From Paraglomus brasilianum (lineage: Eukaryota): a DNA stretch of 61,492 nt. Position numbers and translations under genes: made by a program. Below are positions 26,261 through 37,443 of this stretch, one piece after another; the first letter of the stretch is position 1; every line of letters begins with the position of its first letter. The notes under the pieces are model-generated. The model was not told where the DNA came from and searched no databases. It saw only the letters and a list, made by a program, of their open reading frames with translations. The stretch is from the NCBI GenBank assembly GCA_910592345.1, contig CAJVPI010000070.1, positions 1-61,492 of the forward strand. The letters are read 5' to 3'.

Positions 26261-26715
26261 TGTGACTCTGCTTCCATTGATCTTCTTTAACAAGGTAGTT
26301 TTCACTACTAATCTCATGAGTCAAAATGTGTGTTTCTCCAATAAAAGCGACGATCTCCTACAGGGAAAACAGACATCAACGCCACAAGCCCAACCACATC
26401 ATGTATTCGTTGACGTTAATATATATCCAGTTTGGTTTCTCTCTTCCTCGTACATTAATGACATGTCTAGTGTAATTAAGCGAAATACGTGTATAACATA
26501 GATGATCAATCAATGGAGTATTGATTTTGCATGTTTGATTTATATGCCATAGGAGTCGCATGTTAGTCGATGGTTACTATTTGCTCTTGCCAATTAACTA
26601 TAGTCGTAAAGTCAATATTATTGACATGTTCTTCTTCAGAGATGCTTTCATTCATGAACAGTTGGAAGCTTGATACATTGTAAATTCATTGATCTTATTA
26701 TTTTACAAATGTTTA

Positions 26716-27200
26716 TACAAGTAAAACCCGTTATAATAAAGTCGTCGGGTCGGACCAAAACTCTATTGTAACGAACAATTTCTTTTAACGAATTTTTGCG
26801 ATATAAGAAGGTTTTATAATATCAATAAAAAATTTTCTTTTATAGTGAGTAAAAAGACTGACTGTGGATTTGCCAATATTAAACTTGTTCGCTGAATCAT
26901 TGAGAGTAAAACGCATATTTTGTTGTTTCACTCGACAAAGTTTAGCCTTCTAATTTCCTGTTAACGTTCTTCTTGTTGTTTTGCAAACTTTATCTTTTCG
27001 TTTTCTCTTTGCTTAGGTTTATTTATTCGATGTGTTACAGGATTGCATTATGTAAGATTTATTTCTAACAATTCCGTCAGGAATATAAAGAGTGAATAAG
27101 CTAGTAAAAAACTTTATTGTTATTGGATTGCTCTTATATCGGGCATAACATTTCTTTTATCGAACGTAACTTTATCGAAACCATATAAACTTATAATTAA
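26716..27200 (-). mobile_element. pogo/Tigger relic between the HMG paralogs
   Basis: Minus strand ~26985-26855 reads RRTLTGN*KAKLCRVKQQN.RFTLNDSANKFNIGKSTVS (CENP-B N-terminal HTH-like); TIR-like tacaagtaaaacccgttataa at 26716. Boundaries approximate. Confidence 0.55.
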
Positions 27201-27267
27201 CATAGACATTGTTTCTTATATAGTGGTCTTATTTGCGGCCGCGAGTAATCATATTGTTCATATAAAC

Positions 27268-27366
27268 CGAAAAAACGAAAAACGAAAAACGAAAAAACGA
27301 AAAAACGAAAAAACGAAAAAACGAAAAAACGAAAAAGCGAAAAAACGAAAAAACGAAAAAACGAAA
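27268..27366. repeat. (CGAAAAAA)n microsatellite just 3' of HMG copy 2
   Basis: About 12 units of CGA5-6, ending <30 bp from the stop codon at 27394. Confidence 0.95.
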
Positions 27367-27393
27367 TAAAATGTAAACAGTTTTAATCCCTTC

Positions 27394-27789
27394 CTACCAG
27401 AAAATTGGAGAATCGATTGCTTGGTTACTTTCCATCCAAGTCAACAATACATCAATTTCTTCACTCAATTCAGACTGATGCGGCGATTCTGCATCGCAAG
27501 CTGTTTCTTTACTGTTATCAGCGTCTCGCTTAAGGGCCTCCAACTCCAATTTTAACGCATTTATCAACTTATCACTGTCCCACTTGTAAGCCACTGGAAT
27601 CTTCTGCCATAAGTTTGAAGCGATCTGCGACACTGCTTGCATTGGGATCTTTTTGTACTGCTTCTGTAGTTTGAGTTGGATTAGTTGCCTGTACAGCATG
27701 AACGCCGATTCCGTTTTTTGTTTGGGCATTTTTGGCTTCGACTTGCTGGGTTTTGGATAAGGGTTGTAAAGGACGATTTTCATTTTCAT
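27394..27789 (-). CDS. Small HMG-box (MATA_HMG-like) protein, copy 2, 131 aa
   Basis: KQKTESAFMLYRQ...KIPMQAVSQIASNLWQKIPVAYK; shares the C-terminal SEE(V/I)..LL.W(L/M)E.N motif with copy 1. Confidence 0.8.
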   Translation of the reverse strand: MKMKIVLYNPYPKPSKSKPKMPKQKTESAFMLYRQLIQLKLQKQYKKIPMQAVSQIASNLWQKIPVAYKWDSDKLINALKLELEALKRDADNSKETACDAESPHQSELSEEIDVLLTWMESNQAIDSPIFW

Positions 27790-27904
27790 GTTTATTGCAA
27801 CACTTTTTTAAATAAACCGATTATTGACGAACGATACAAATAATATTAATATCTCGAAATCGATTTGGGCCATTCGTAGACTGAGACAAATGGAGTGTTT
27901 ATAT

Positions 27905-28320
27905 ACTTGTTTTCTTTCGTTTATATCTTTGTGTTTTTTGTCTTGCTTATTCGTCGAACATACAATATGAGCGTAGTAATAGTAACATGGATTTGGTTAA
28001 TTTAAGGAATTCTTGTGCCGTGTTTAATTAAAATATCTGCCAGACGCGTAGTTCATAACAATTGTTCAATTGTCCGTGCGTTGTTAGTATGCTGCATATT
28101 TGTCTGATACCGGGGACGTAACAAACGACAATCAATTTCCGCCTTATTTGGACTGGGCGCCTTTCTGCATTTCAATTGGTCTTCTCATGCGACATACTGC
28201 ACATATGCAGTTTTCGTCCGGACAAAATCTGTGTAACGTACTAAATTTCGGATCCAACATGCGATTAAAGGGACCAGGCAGCTGTATAATGACGATGGCG
28301 CCAATAGTCTATTCATTTCT
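27905..28320. promoter_or_regulatory. Third copy (C) of the HMG-gene upstream module
   Basis: Highly similar to copy B, including ACGCGT (28044), AACAATTGTT (28057), actgcacatatgcagt and ttcggatccaacatgcgattaaagggacc. Confidence 0.85.
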
Positions 28321-28575
28321 ACTCCTTTTATGACATTCAAAACCCCGCCAAACCCCGCCAAACCCCGCTGCCGTACTGCGTCGCCAGTTTTATGGGTCAA
28401 TTTTTTCCCTATTCACATACCCAATAATTTATTTGTGTAACAGTGCGCGTGTATTATTAATCATAGGTGCGGATTATAAAAGGAACATAAATCTGACTTT
28501 CGTTTGTATAGATTCAAAGCAATTCATTATTATTACTAATGTAGTCCACAAGTAAGAATGGTCTAGTTTTTTCCT

Positions 28576-31361
28576 TCAAAATCTACTAATATCCCGACCA
28601 AACACAAATGTCAAGAACCTACATATTGTAACGTAAAACAATTAGATTAACAGTGGAGAAAAACGTTCTAGAAAACGCAGTAAAACCTACCAATACATCG
28701 GAATCAATATTCTATTCCGTAACGAGACCGTCATAGTAAGATATGCCGACCTCCAAAATATCCAAGCAAGCATTCCGCTTTCTTTAGCTCTCGGATCCAC
28801 GGCTGTCATATCTACCAGCGCTTCTTTTTGCCCTATATATGCTAGACTAATCAGTGTAGCGTTGAAATTAGATTACGGGCGGAAACAATAAAAAGACAGC
28901 TGGAGAGGGTATGAATCTTGGAATTAGCTTGTTACCTTCCCTGAGCAGAATGGAACATGTTCGCATTAGTATTCGAATAAACTCTTTAACAAAGGATGAC
29001 GCTATCACAGAGAAGAACACTTACCATATTAAAGAATTTGAATGGCTTGACTTCAGCCAATGGGTCTCGTCCGAGTTTATTAATCACTAAAGAACAACCC
29101 AGATTTCCATAATATTTTCAGTTCCTTTACTATCATTTTTTTTTCCTTTTTTCCCCCCCAAAAATAAATTATCCTTACGCTTTCTCAAATAAACCGCCTT
29201 CTGATTCGCAACCTGCGCTGTAGCAGGTAAATCATAATCTTTTATCGTCGCACAATCTCCGAGGGCATATACATTCTCTATCGGTGCTCCGGTATCCTTG
29301 TCTAGTACTTGCAGATAATGATCTGTCAAGAGGCGCTTGGCAGACTGATCCTTCATTATTCGATCACCGACTGCGCGAGTGAAAGGATTGTCTGACAGGC
29401 CGGTTGCCCAGACTAGCAGACTGTTTAATCAAGTGACTGCCCGGTTAGTATTAGGGGGGAGGGGAAAAAAGAGCAATATACAGACACGATAACGAAAATT
29501 CAAGCTGTCTATTAGCAACATACCCGTATGACACCTCTTTTTCTCCTTTGATAACTAACGTTCTCTCCTTAACCTCCAACACTCTACGCTTGGTCTTAAT
29601 ACGTATCCCTTTTCTCGTGAATTTTTTCGCGGCATATTCGCGTAGCCCGACATCAAATGATCCAAGAATTTCTGGAGCGACGTCATAGACGGTCATTCTT
29701 GTTTTTGCCATCAGTTGTGGATATAATCGGGCCATATCTTCCACGATAAAGTCATGTCTATGTTATTTATATCGAATCGGATTAGTGAGTTTAGTATGGA
29801 TAATAAAGGATAGCATTTGATGTGCCAAATGGTATAGTTACTATAATCACAGCCAACTTTTGCTCCCTCAGCTAGTCGCCAATCTCGCCTGACGTTGACA
29901 CTATTTTCATCTCTCTTTTTCCTCGTATCCTAACTTCAATATACCTACAACTCTGCACTGAATTCAATCCCGGTAGGTCCGCCACCGACAACAACAAAAT
30001 GCAACGCTCCAAAAATTTCCTCGTCCGTAACGCCCGGCTGAGAAGCATGTTCAAAGCATTCTATTACACGCTGGCGGATCCTCCGCGCATCTGAGATATC
30101 CTTTAGAAACAACGCGTGATCACCTACACCAGGAATGCCAAATGTGTTGGAATTGGCGCCGACTGCGATGACGAGATTGTCGAATTCGATAGCGAACTTG
30201 TCGCGTTTTCTCTCGAGATTTGATGTGCAGTGAATCGTGTTTGTAAGCCAATCTGAGTGATAAAAAATATTAGAGATGAGAAAGTCGCCTTCTAGGTATC
30301 GAATATGATAACGAGTTGTCAAAACAAACGCTCTGCTCAAAAACGTTAATTATTCGCCAAAGTTCTTTGAAAACTATCTCTTATGCAGTATCATACATTA
30401 TGGCTGTGAAAATTTGCGTAATGACTTGAAGTATAGAATTATTTGCGAAATGCTCAGATGCAAACTAACTGCAATGGCAAGTTTTCGAAATACGACAATT
30501 TTCTAGCATTCTTTGGCGACTGATTAATGGCTTGGAATGTGGCACTTATGTGTGCAATTACAATAACCTCATGCATCACACAATTACTTCATCAAACTCT
30601 TGTTCTTTTGCAACACATCTCTTGAAAATGATCATTATACTCACCAACACTATCGGCATACGCCTGGTAAAACTTCACATTGGACAAGTATCTTCTTACT
30701 GGCTCGGTAATGCATCTAAACTCTAATGTACCGACTGACGTGCTAGCGAGTAGTGGTGTGAATACGAAATAATTCCTATTAAAATCACAGATTTAGCTTG
30801 GTTAGTGAAGCACACATGCAAAGTAGACTAGTTACAGAATAGAGAATAGTGACCTTGGAGAAATAACTACAACTTCATAATGTTTCGTGTCGATGTCTTG
30901 GAGAAGTTTATAGCCTGCGACAAAGAATATTCGGACAGATCGATGAGCGAACAATGAAGATGATAGTCGATCCTGACTCGATTCCACTACAATTACCTGC
31001 CCATCCTGAGCCTGCACTCGCCATAAAAAAAACTTTAGTTATTTCGCTCTTGTTCTATCTCTTTTATTTTTTAATCATTGATTTATTTTATTATACAGAA
31101 TTTTTTTTCTTCTTACCAAGTATTATCAACCGTCCTAACGTGAGAGAATCAATGAGTATTACAGGCGGGAACTTTCATGAGCGATTCAAATAATTTATCT
31201 TTGATCAACTTACCTTGGGTCTTTCCAATGGATTTGATGGTCCGTATTTGAGTGTTAATTGACGGTTTGTCAATACCAATGGGAGAAAATAATGGCCTTC
31301 GAGGATGGAAATATCGGGGGAATAATCTATGCAGAGGCAGTTGAAATTGAGGTGTTCTCAT
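28576..31361 (-). CDS. Type II (alternative) NADH:ubiquinone oxidoreductase, NDE/NDI family, multi-exon
   Basis: Presequence-like N-terminus; [86 protein letters not shown]; ends FGRDISRF*. Confidence 0.95.
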
Positions 31362-34300
31362 TTTTTGCTGGATTGGTAATGTTGGTCTTGTTATTCTGGA
31401 AAACAGATCGAAGCTATCGATATTATAAATAGACTTTGGTTTGCTATTAATAGTGCATTTATTTAGACACATTTTGGCAGTATCAAATAAGATTAGCGGC
31501 CTGAGCTAAACGATGCAAATACATCATCATTAAAGTTTCAGGGGGTCAATACTAGTAAAACGCCACCATAATAATCGATTGGGCAGCCACATCTCGGAAC
31601 ATGTGATTGTTATGACACGACACTTGGATACATTCACATTACCGCGCTCCTGCATGGCACTTCACCAATTAATTGAAACACTATTCATGCACATGTCCAA
31701 AATGCAGTGACCATCGAATAAAGGCAACAGTACGTCTAGCGCATTATTATTATGTTCCGTAAGCAATCAAAACTAATTAGATCATTCACACGTAGGTAAT
31801 CCCTTGCCCCGTTCTCCTTAAGCCTAACATGGCATTCTTACAAATTGTGTTTTTTCCCTTACCGTGTTTACAATACGATCTTCCTACAAAACGTAACCGA
31901 CGAGGTGATCTTTGATACAGCGCAAGAGATAATCAATCTGTAGATGATTGCCAAAGTTATAGATGTCAGAATTGGTTTTGATTCCTCCCAATTCTCAAGG
32001 CTGCAGAAGTATGTAAAGTTCATTAGGATTCTCCTGTTCGTATAACATTGTAAAGAATGTGAACATTCTGTACTTGTGACTTTGTGATACCGGGGCAGAG
32101 TCGAAAAGATTGTCCGAGTAGAAAGGGGCCTACGAAACAAAGTGCTGAAATTTGCCAATCAGCAACTGCGTATAAAATACAATATTAAGACCTAAGCAAT
32201 TAAAATCGTCACATATGACGCGTTTTACTCAATTAATAAAAACCCTTTCCATGATACTTGATTATGAGTAAGTATGTTCCATACATGTTTGATCCGTTTG
32301 CAATCTACCGAGTTCTGCCTCAGTTATGTGTAATAAAGCAGTCTGCATAGTTCTGCATGAGAAGTCTGTGGTGATTATCGTTACAACGAGATGCAAAAAA
32401 AAATCACAAAAGCTTCTCTGATTTGTCTGCAGGATTGATTCAAGCTTTTTATTATACTCTAAAAAAGTTTAATGCAGGGGTCTCGTCAATACACATTTGA
32501 CATGATATGAACAATATTAGTGATACCTTTAATATAAACATACGAGTCATCTGATTGCCTAAAAAAGCGTCTGTGACCGAGGATAATTCTCACTTTGTGG
32601 GACGGGAACACTCATTAATGCAGTGCTTTTTCCCATGCAAGTTGCAGTTATTCAGCAAAAAAAAAGGTTGTTTTATTAATGTGCAACGAGAAATGGTCAG
32701 ACAACACTCCTTTGGATAATTCCGGCGGGTTTAGCACCGATAATTCCTTCACTTGGTCCATGGAAATTTTACAGACATGTTCTTCATAATACGGCAAAAC
32801 GTTTATTACTCTATAACTTATCTTGTTACTATTCCTCTCCATTATTTTGACTGTCATGTATTTTTAATAAAAATCGCGCAAGTTACAAAGTTATGTAACC
32901 GAGTTTTGCCGATGTTGCATTCATAAGAATAGAGCGCACAAACGGGTTATATTAATATGCCTTTTATGATAAACGCGTATTTCGGAAAATAATAAGGTGC
33001 ATTCTACACAGTCGACGGGCCGGTTTAAGTTATTTTGTCGAGGATACTACGTTATTTATATTGTAAACTGTGCCGACATTGGTATTATATCAGATGAATC
33101 GCGTGAACAATGTCCTCTACTGTTCGTGTATCATTAAATTGAACTGAATTTTCAAGGTTTACATATTCTTCTCTGTATCATGTTTTGTATATAACTGGTT
33201 TAGACATATTCTTAACATTAAGGTTAAGATTACTTATTCTTTAAATCTTAAGTATTGCACCCATGAACTCCATTATAGCACGAGTTTATTATAGTTGATA
33301 ACATGGAATTTACGATGTATGCCATAAATTCACTCAATTGATGGCTAGTAATTAACACTGAAAGACTTGGTCACAAGCTTTACAAATGTAATTGTTACAA
33401 ATATAGTCACCAGTAGCTTGACGATACTGCAGCAACAAAGTCTTAATGGTGACAAAGGCCTTACTACCAATGTAGAGTTGCAATTTTATTTCAAGACATA
33501 GTGGTTGCCACGCGAGTTGCTATACAAATCTATTATTCTTCTTTTAAAATGCAATTCTGTTCTATTGTAACAAGCTTCGTCTGTTAAGTCAGATTAACTG
33601 ACACGTGATCGAATGATTTGATTATTAGTAGCATTGATTTCTATAGAAACGTCCGATGGCATACTCAAAGTTTTTTATAAGCAGTCATGCAAAATCATCT
33701 ATCTGACTAATTCTGGACTCGTTCATAACCGTCAATAGAATTCTTATTAACAAAAGTATTCTATATCGCCGAAATTGGGGGAGGAAAATACATTTAATAC
33801 CAATGACCGATAAAATAATAATGTAGACGTGCTTTGTTCAAGGTATTGTTTAGCTTATAATTTTGAGTTGTAAGCTTTCCGACAATTTGAATGTTTTGGT
33901 TTGCAAATTCCGTTACTATGTTATTTGCAACTAGCAGACATAGACAACGTATAAAAATAAATCGCTTTTCATGTAGCCTAAATACAACATGGGAAATCCA
34001 ATAGTTTAGTCCAAGAATGTTGTATCACTTGAGGAAGAATGGAAAGATTGAGAATGACAGTATTTTGGATACCATATTAATATCACTATCCGGAATCACG
34101 CTTTCGGAATGCCGCCGTAAAAGGCCCCATTCGAGCCGAATAGGCAGGTGCCGGAATACCACACACATTAATCTTTTGTGCTTTACTACTACTTATCACT
34201 GGTTTGTTTTTGGGTGTTTGATTTTTTGTCCCGATTTTTGAAAGGCGCATAAAACATAAAAGGTCATAAAAAACCCTGCACATTGATATGTTTACCTCAC

Positions 34301-34821
34301 GCGATAATTTAAAGTAGACTATCGCGAGGAACTTTTATTCACATAATTTAAGTAGACAGCTCCGTTAATTAGTAAAGTACACCTGTGTGATGTAACACAA
34401 TAAACTATATGTCGTTAGCATCGGGGACTGTTAATAATCCAGCAATTGACAACTTGGTTCGAGAAAGTTGCCATACCCCAATATTTGAAATCATCAACAT
34501 AAAGCCAACTCAACTTGACAACGTCTACTATGCTATTCGCCACCTTTTAGAGATAGGCTGATCTTGATAAGCGTCTGGATGCAGAGACACTTTTGGAGAG
34601 GTGGAGAAGGACAATTCTGACAACACGTGGAATTCCGTTTATTATAATGATGTAAAACCCCTATCACGTCTCGAAAAGGAGAGTAAATATTCTTACCTAC
34701 GGAGATCTGCCTAAACAATTTCCTCCCTTATCAGATTTCAACTGGCCAGGTTTAGAAGTAGAGTTAGGGGGAGTTGAGGAGTAAGGGAGATAGTTTGGAT
34801 TAGTTAGTGGCAGTTACGAAG

Positions 34822-34957
34822 GGGAGATCATTTCATCGACAATCATTTCACCGACAAATATTTACCAACATTATTTCGCAGTTATCCTTTTTTAGTAGTT
34901 AATTGTCGGTGAAATGTACTGTCGGTGAAATGATTGTCGATGAAATAATACGGACCC
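34822..34957. mobile_element. 136-bp Mutator-like MITE with 9-bp TSD
   Basis: Perfect inverted repeat atttcatcgacaatcatttcaccgaca / tgtcggtgaaatgattgtcgatgaaat; GGG...CCC termini; GTTACGAAG directly repeated at 34813-34821 and 34958-34966. Confidence 0.85.
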
Positions 34958-36636
34958 GTTACGAAGACATCAGTTGGTTCTGTTCATATAAACGAAGTCA
35001 ATCTACAACATGTGACTCAAGAGTAAACTTGTAATTCACAGGTTTTACTACTTTTCCAATTAAAGTAAACATTGAAAACCAATTATCTAAAGTTTATGAG
35101 CTCGGTTGTCAATGAAGCGGATTATCTTGCTCAACTCTTCACCGTGATTGCCTTATTTGGACATTGAAAAATTATATTTAAAACCTTGCTTGATGCGATA
35201 CCACTTCATGACTAGAAGATGGCGATAAAGAGAGCCCACGCCTGCTCAAAATCTTCCGATTGACTGACACTTCTGTAAGAACTAAATCTTTGTTGGTTCA
35301 TTCCCTGCCTATCACGCGAGTGATGAACCATCAATCCACTCACATCCCTCGAGGATCTATAGCCACATTTTCCAGCATAGCCTTAACGCGTAATGATGCA
35401 AGTTTAAAGGTATACAACAAAAATAAAACTTGCCAACACAAGTGTGCCGCTCACACAATAATAACTGTTTGCTTTTCTTACAACTAGTTGGTGTATACGA
35501 AAAACAACCGTCGAACATCTCTTCTTCTTCTTTTTTCTTTTTTTGTTTTAGGAAAATATTTTGTGGCATATGTTTCGAAGATTACTCGGAATCAATCCTG
35601 GAACAATTTTCCTCTCCAAGACTAGATACCCCACAATAACTCCTTTCCATGAGCTTTTATTCTCTTCCTCTATATTAAAGACAGCTTAAACTGGGCTGCG
35701 AATAAAAGTTCCTCGTGATAGAAGTTATCCAAGTCTTTCATGCACATTTCGTAATATGCAAGCTTTTATTGTCAGTGTGCATGGTTTTAGCGTTCTAAGA
35801 TAAAATAGGAGAAAAGGCACCAATTATTACGAGCGACAATTGCTGCGGATCAAATACTAATTTAGCTAACTCTCTTCTCCCTTATAAGCGGGCACGATCA
35901 TTGACATTGTCAAACTTGTATCCTGGCGTCACTATCACTATTGTAGTCACATTTTTATGCTTAAAAGCTAATTCAATAGAAATCAATATAATCATACAAT
36001 TGTCTTATTATGAGGGACGCAGTACAAACACATTTTTGCATATAAAAACCACAATTGACCACTTTGGAATATATAAAAGTGACGTGGAAAAGGGAGTTAG
36101 ATATTTGTACAATTTGTCGAGTTATCGAGGAGGAGAAGAAGAAGGAAAAAAAATACATTGTATTATCACTGTTAAAGTAAGACATTTATATTTAGCAAAA
36201 AAGCATCACACGAATAGAAAGGGAATATATCCCTAGTACTAGAGAAGGTGTTATTATGATATCGTACACATTAACATACTCATCCTTCTCTCTGCTTTCA
36301 CACCATCGTAGGCTCCAAATATCAAGCCAGCTATACCGTGTGCCCTCTATAAGCAAATATACATATGCAAATCGTATGATTCAAGTTTCCCCGTCCACTC
36401 TGATCACTTTTCATAAACACAAAAGCCCTTGTCTTATTATTAAAAGTTATTGTTGGTAAGGACAATTGCAGAAATCATTCTATTTTCAATTGAACTTGCC
36501 AAACAATCACTCGATTCGGAGAAGAAGAACAACAATTTGGAAACAGCGATAACTTGTCAATTGTTTGATAGGACTTTTGACTCTTTAACGTCGATATCTT
36601 GGTATTAATAACATTGTTTAATTAACGAGGTATTAA

Positions 36637-37443
36637 ATGAACCAATCGCAGCCGAAAACCTTCTACCAGCCAATGGTTTCGACGAATATTCACAATACGA
36701 TGCAACTGAATGATTCTATGACGTCATTCACAGGAACATCAACAAGTCCAACTGTGAATATGTATAAATCAATGGCAATGCAACAATTCTTGACTGCACA
36801 AAATTCACGTCTTTACTGTCAGCAGCCATTAAATTATCTACAGGGTCCAGTTTATCTGTATTCGCAGATCAACGACGACGAGTCAACATGGCATTCAGAT
36901 CCACAGCCTTATTTCCAACCTCCACCAAATCAGACATCGCTCATTGATCATAGCGTTCAATTGATCAAACATGAGGATGAAGATCGGTCATCCATACCGC
37001 AAGTCCACTCATCAACGCCGCAAGTCCACTTATCAACGCCGCAAGCCCACTTATCAACGCCGCAAGTCCACTTATCAACGTCGCAAGTCCACTCATCAAC
37101 GCCCCAGCCGATATTACCTGCTCCCGCACCCTCTTCTACTTCGCAGCAGGCATTGAAACACTTTGCTCCCCGCAGGAATCCAAACACTGTGCATTTCAAA
37201 CACCGCTGCACTTGGTCAGGCTGCATATGGTCTTTTAAGCGGCTCGAGCATCTAAAGAGACATATGATAACTCATACCGGAGAAAGGAAATACCAGTGTG
37301 ACTTTCCAGGATGTGGGAAGCGTTTTGGCAGATCTGATAATTATGCCGCTCATCGTAAAATACATACACGAGATACATCTGAAATTGTGTTGGTGGATAG
37401 AACGAGTGTGAGACAGAGTGGAGATTTAGAGGCCGAGGAATAA
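36637..37443 (+). CDS. Two-finger C2H2 zinc-finger transcription factor (BrlA/SteA/Msn2-type recognition helices), intronless, 268 aa
   Basis: CTWSGCIWSFKRLEHLKRHMITH-TGERKY-QCDFPGCGKRFGRSDNYAAHRKIH; Q/P/S-rich N-terminus. Confidence 0.92.
   Translation: MNQSQPKTFYQPMVSTNIHNTMQLNDSMTSFTGTSTSPTVNMYKSMAMQQFLTAQNSRLYCQQPLNYLQGPVYLYSQINDDESTWHSDPQPYFQPPPNQTSLIDHSVQLIKHEDEDRSSIPQVHSSTPQVHLSTPQAHLSTPQVHLSTSQVHSSTPQPILPAPAPSSTSQQALKHFAPRRNPNTVHFKHRCTWSGCIWSFKRLEHLKRHMITHTGERKYQCDFPGCGKRFGRSDNYAAHRKIHTRDTSEIVLVDRTSVRQSGDLEAEE
36997..37105 (+). repeat. Coding 21-bp tandem repeat x5 (PQVH[S/L]ST)
   Basis: ccgcaagtccact(c/t)atcaacg repeated in frame within the C2H2 gene. Confidence 0.95.

Noticed and set aside
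25948..26501. Short ORFs in the duplicated module (also 28100-28400) as genes
   Set aside because: Reading frames are not preserved between copies B and C because of indels, so the conservation is non-coding.
23807..31361. Canonical Mucorales sex locus (tptA-sexP/M-rnhA)
   Set aside because: No triose-phosphate transporter, RNA helicase or glutathione reductase flanks the HMG genes; the neighbours are a promethin-like gene and an NADH dehydrogenase.
31868..32158. ORF with a presequence-like N-terminus upstream of the NADH dehydrogenase
   Set aside because: It begins at TTG, has no recognisable domain and no convincing splice into the downstream gene, which has its own ATG at 31361.
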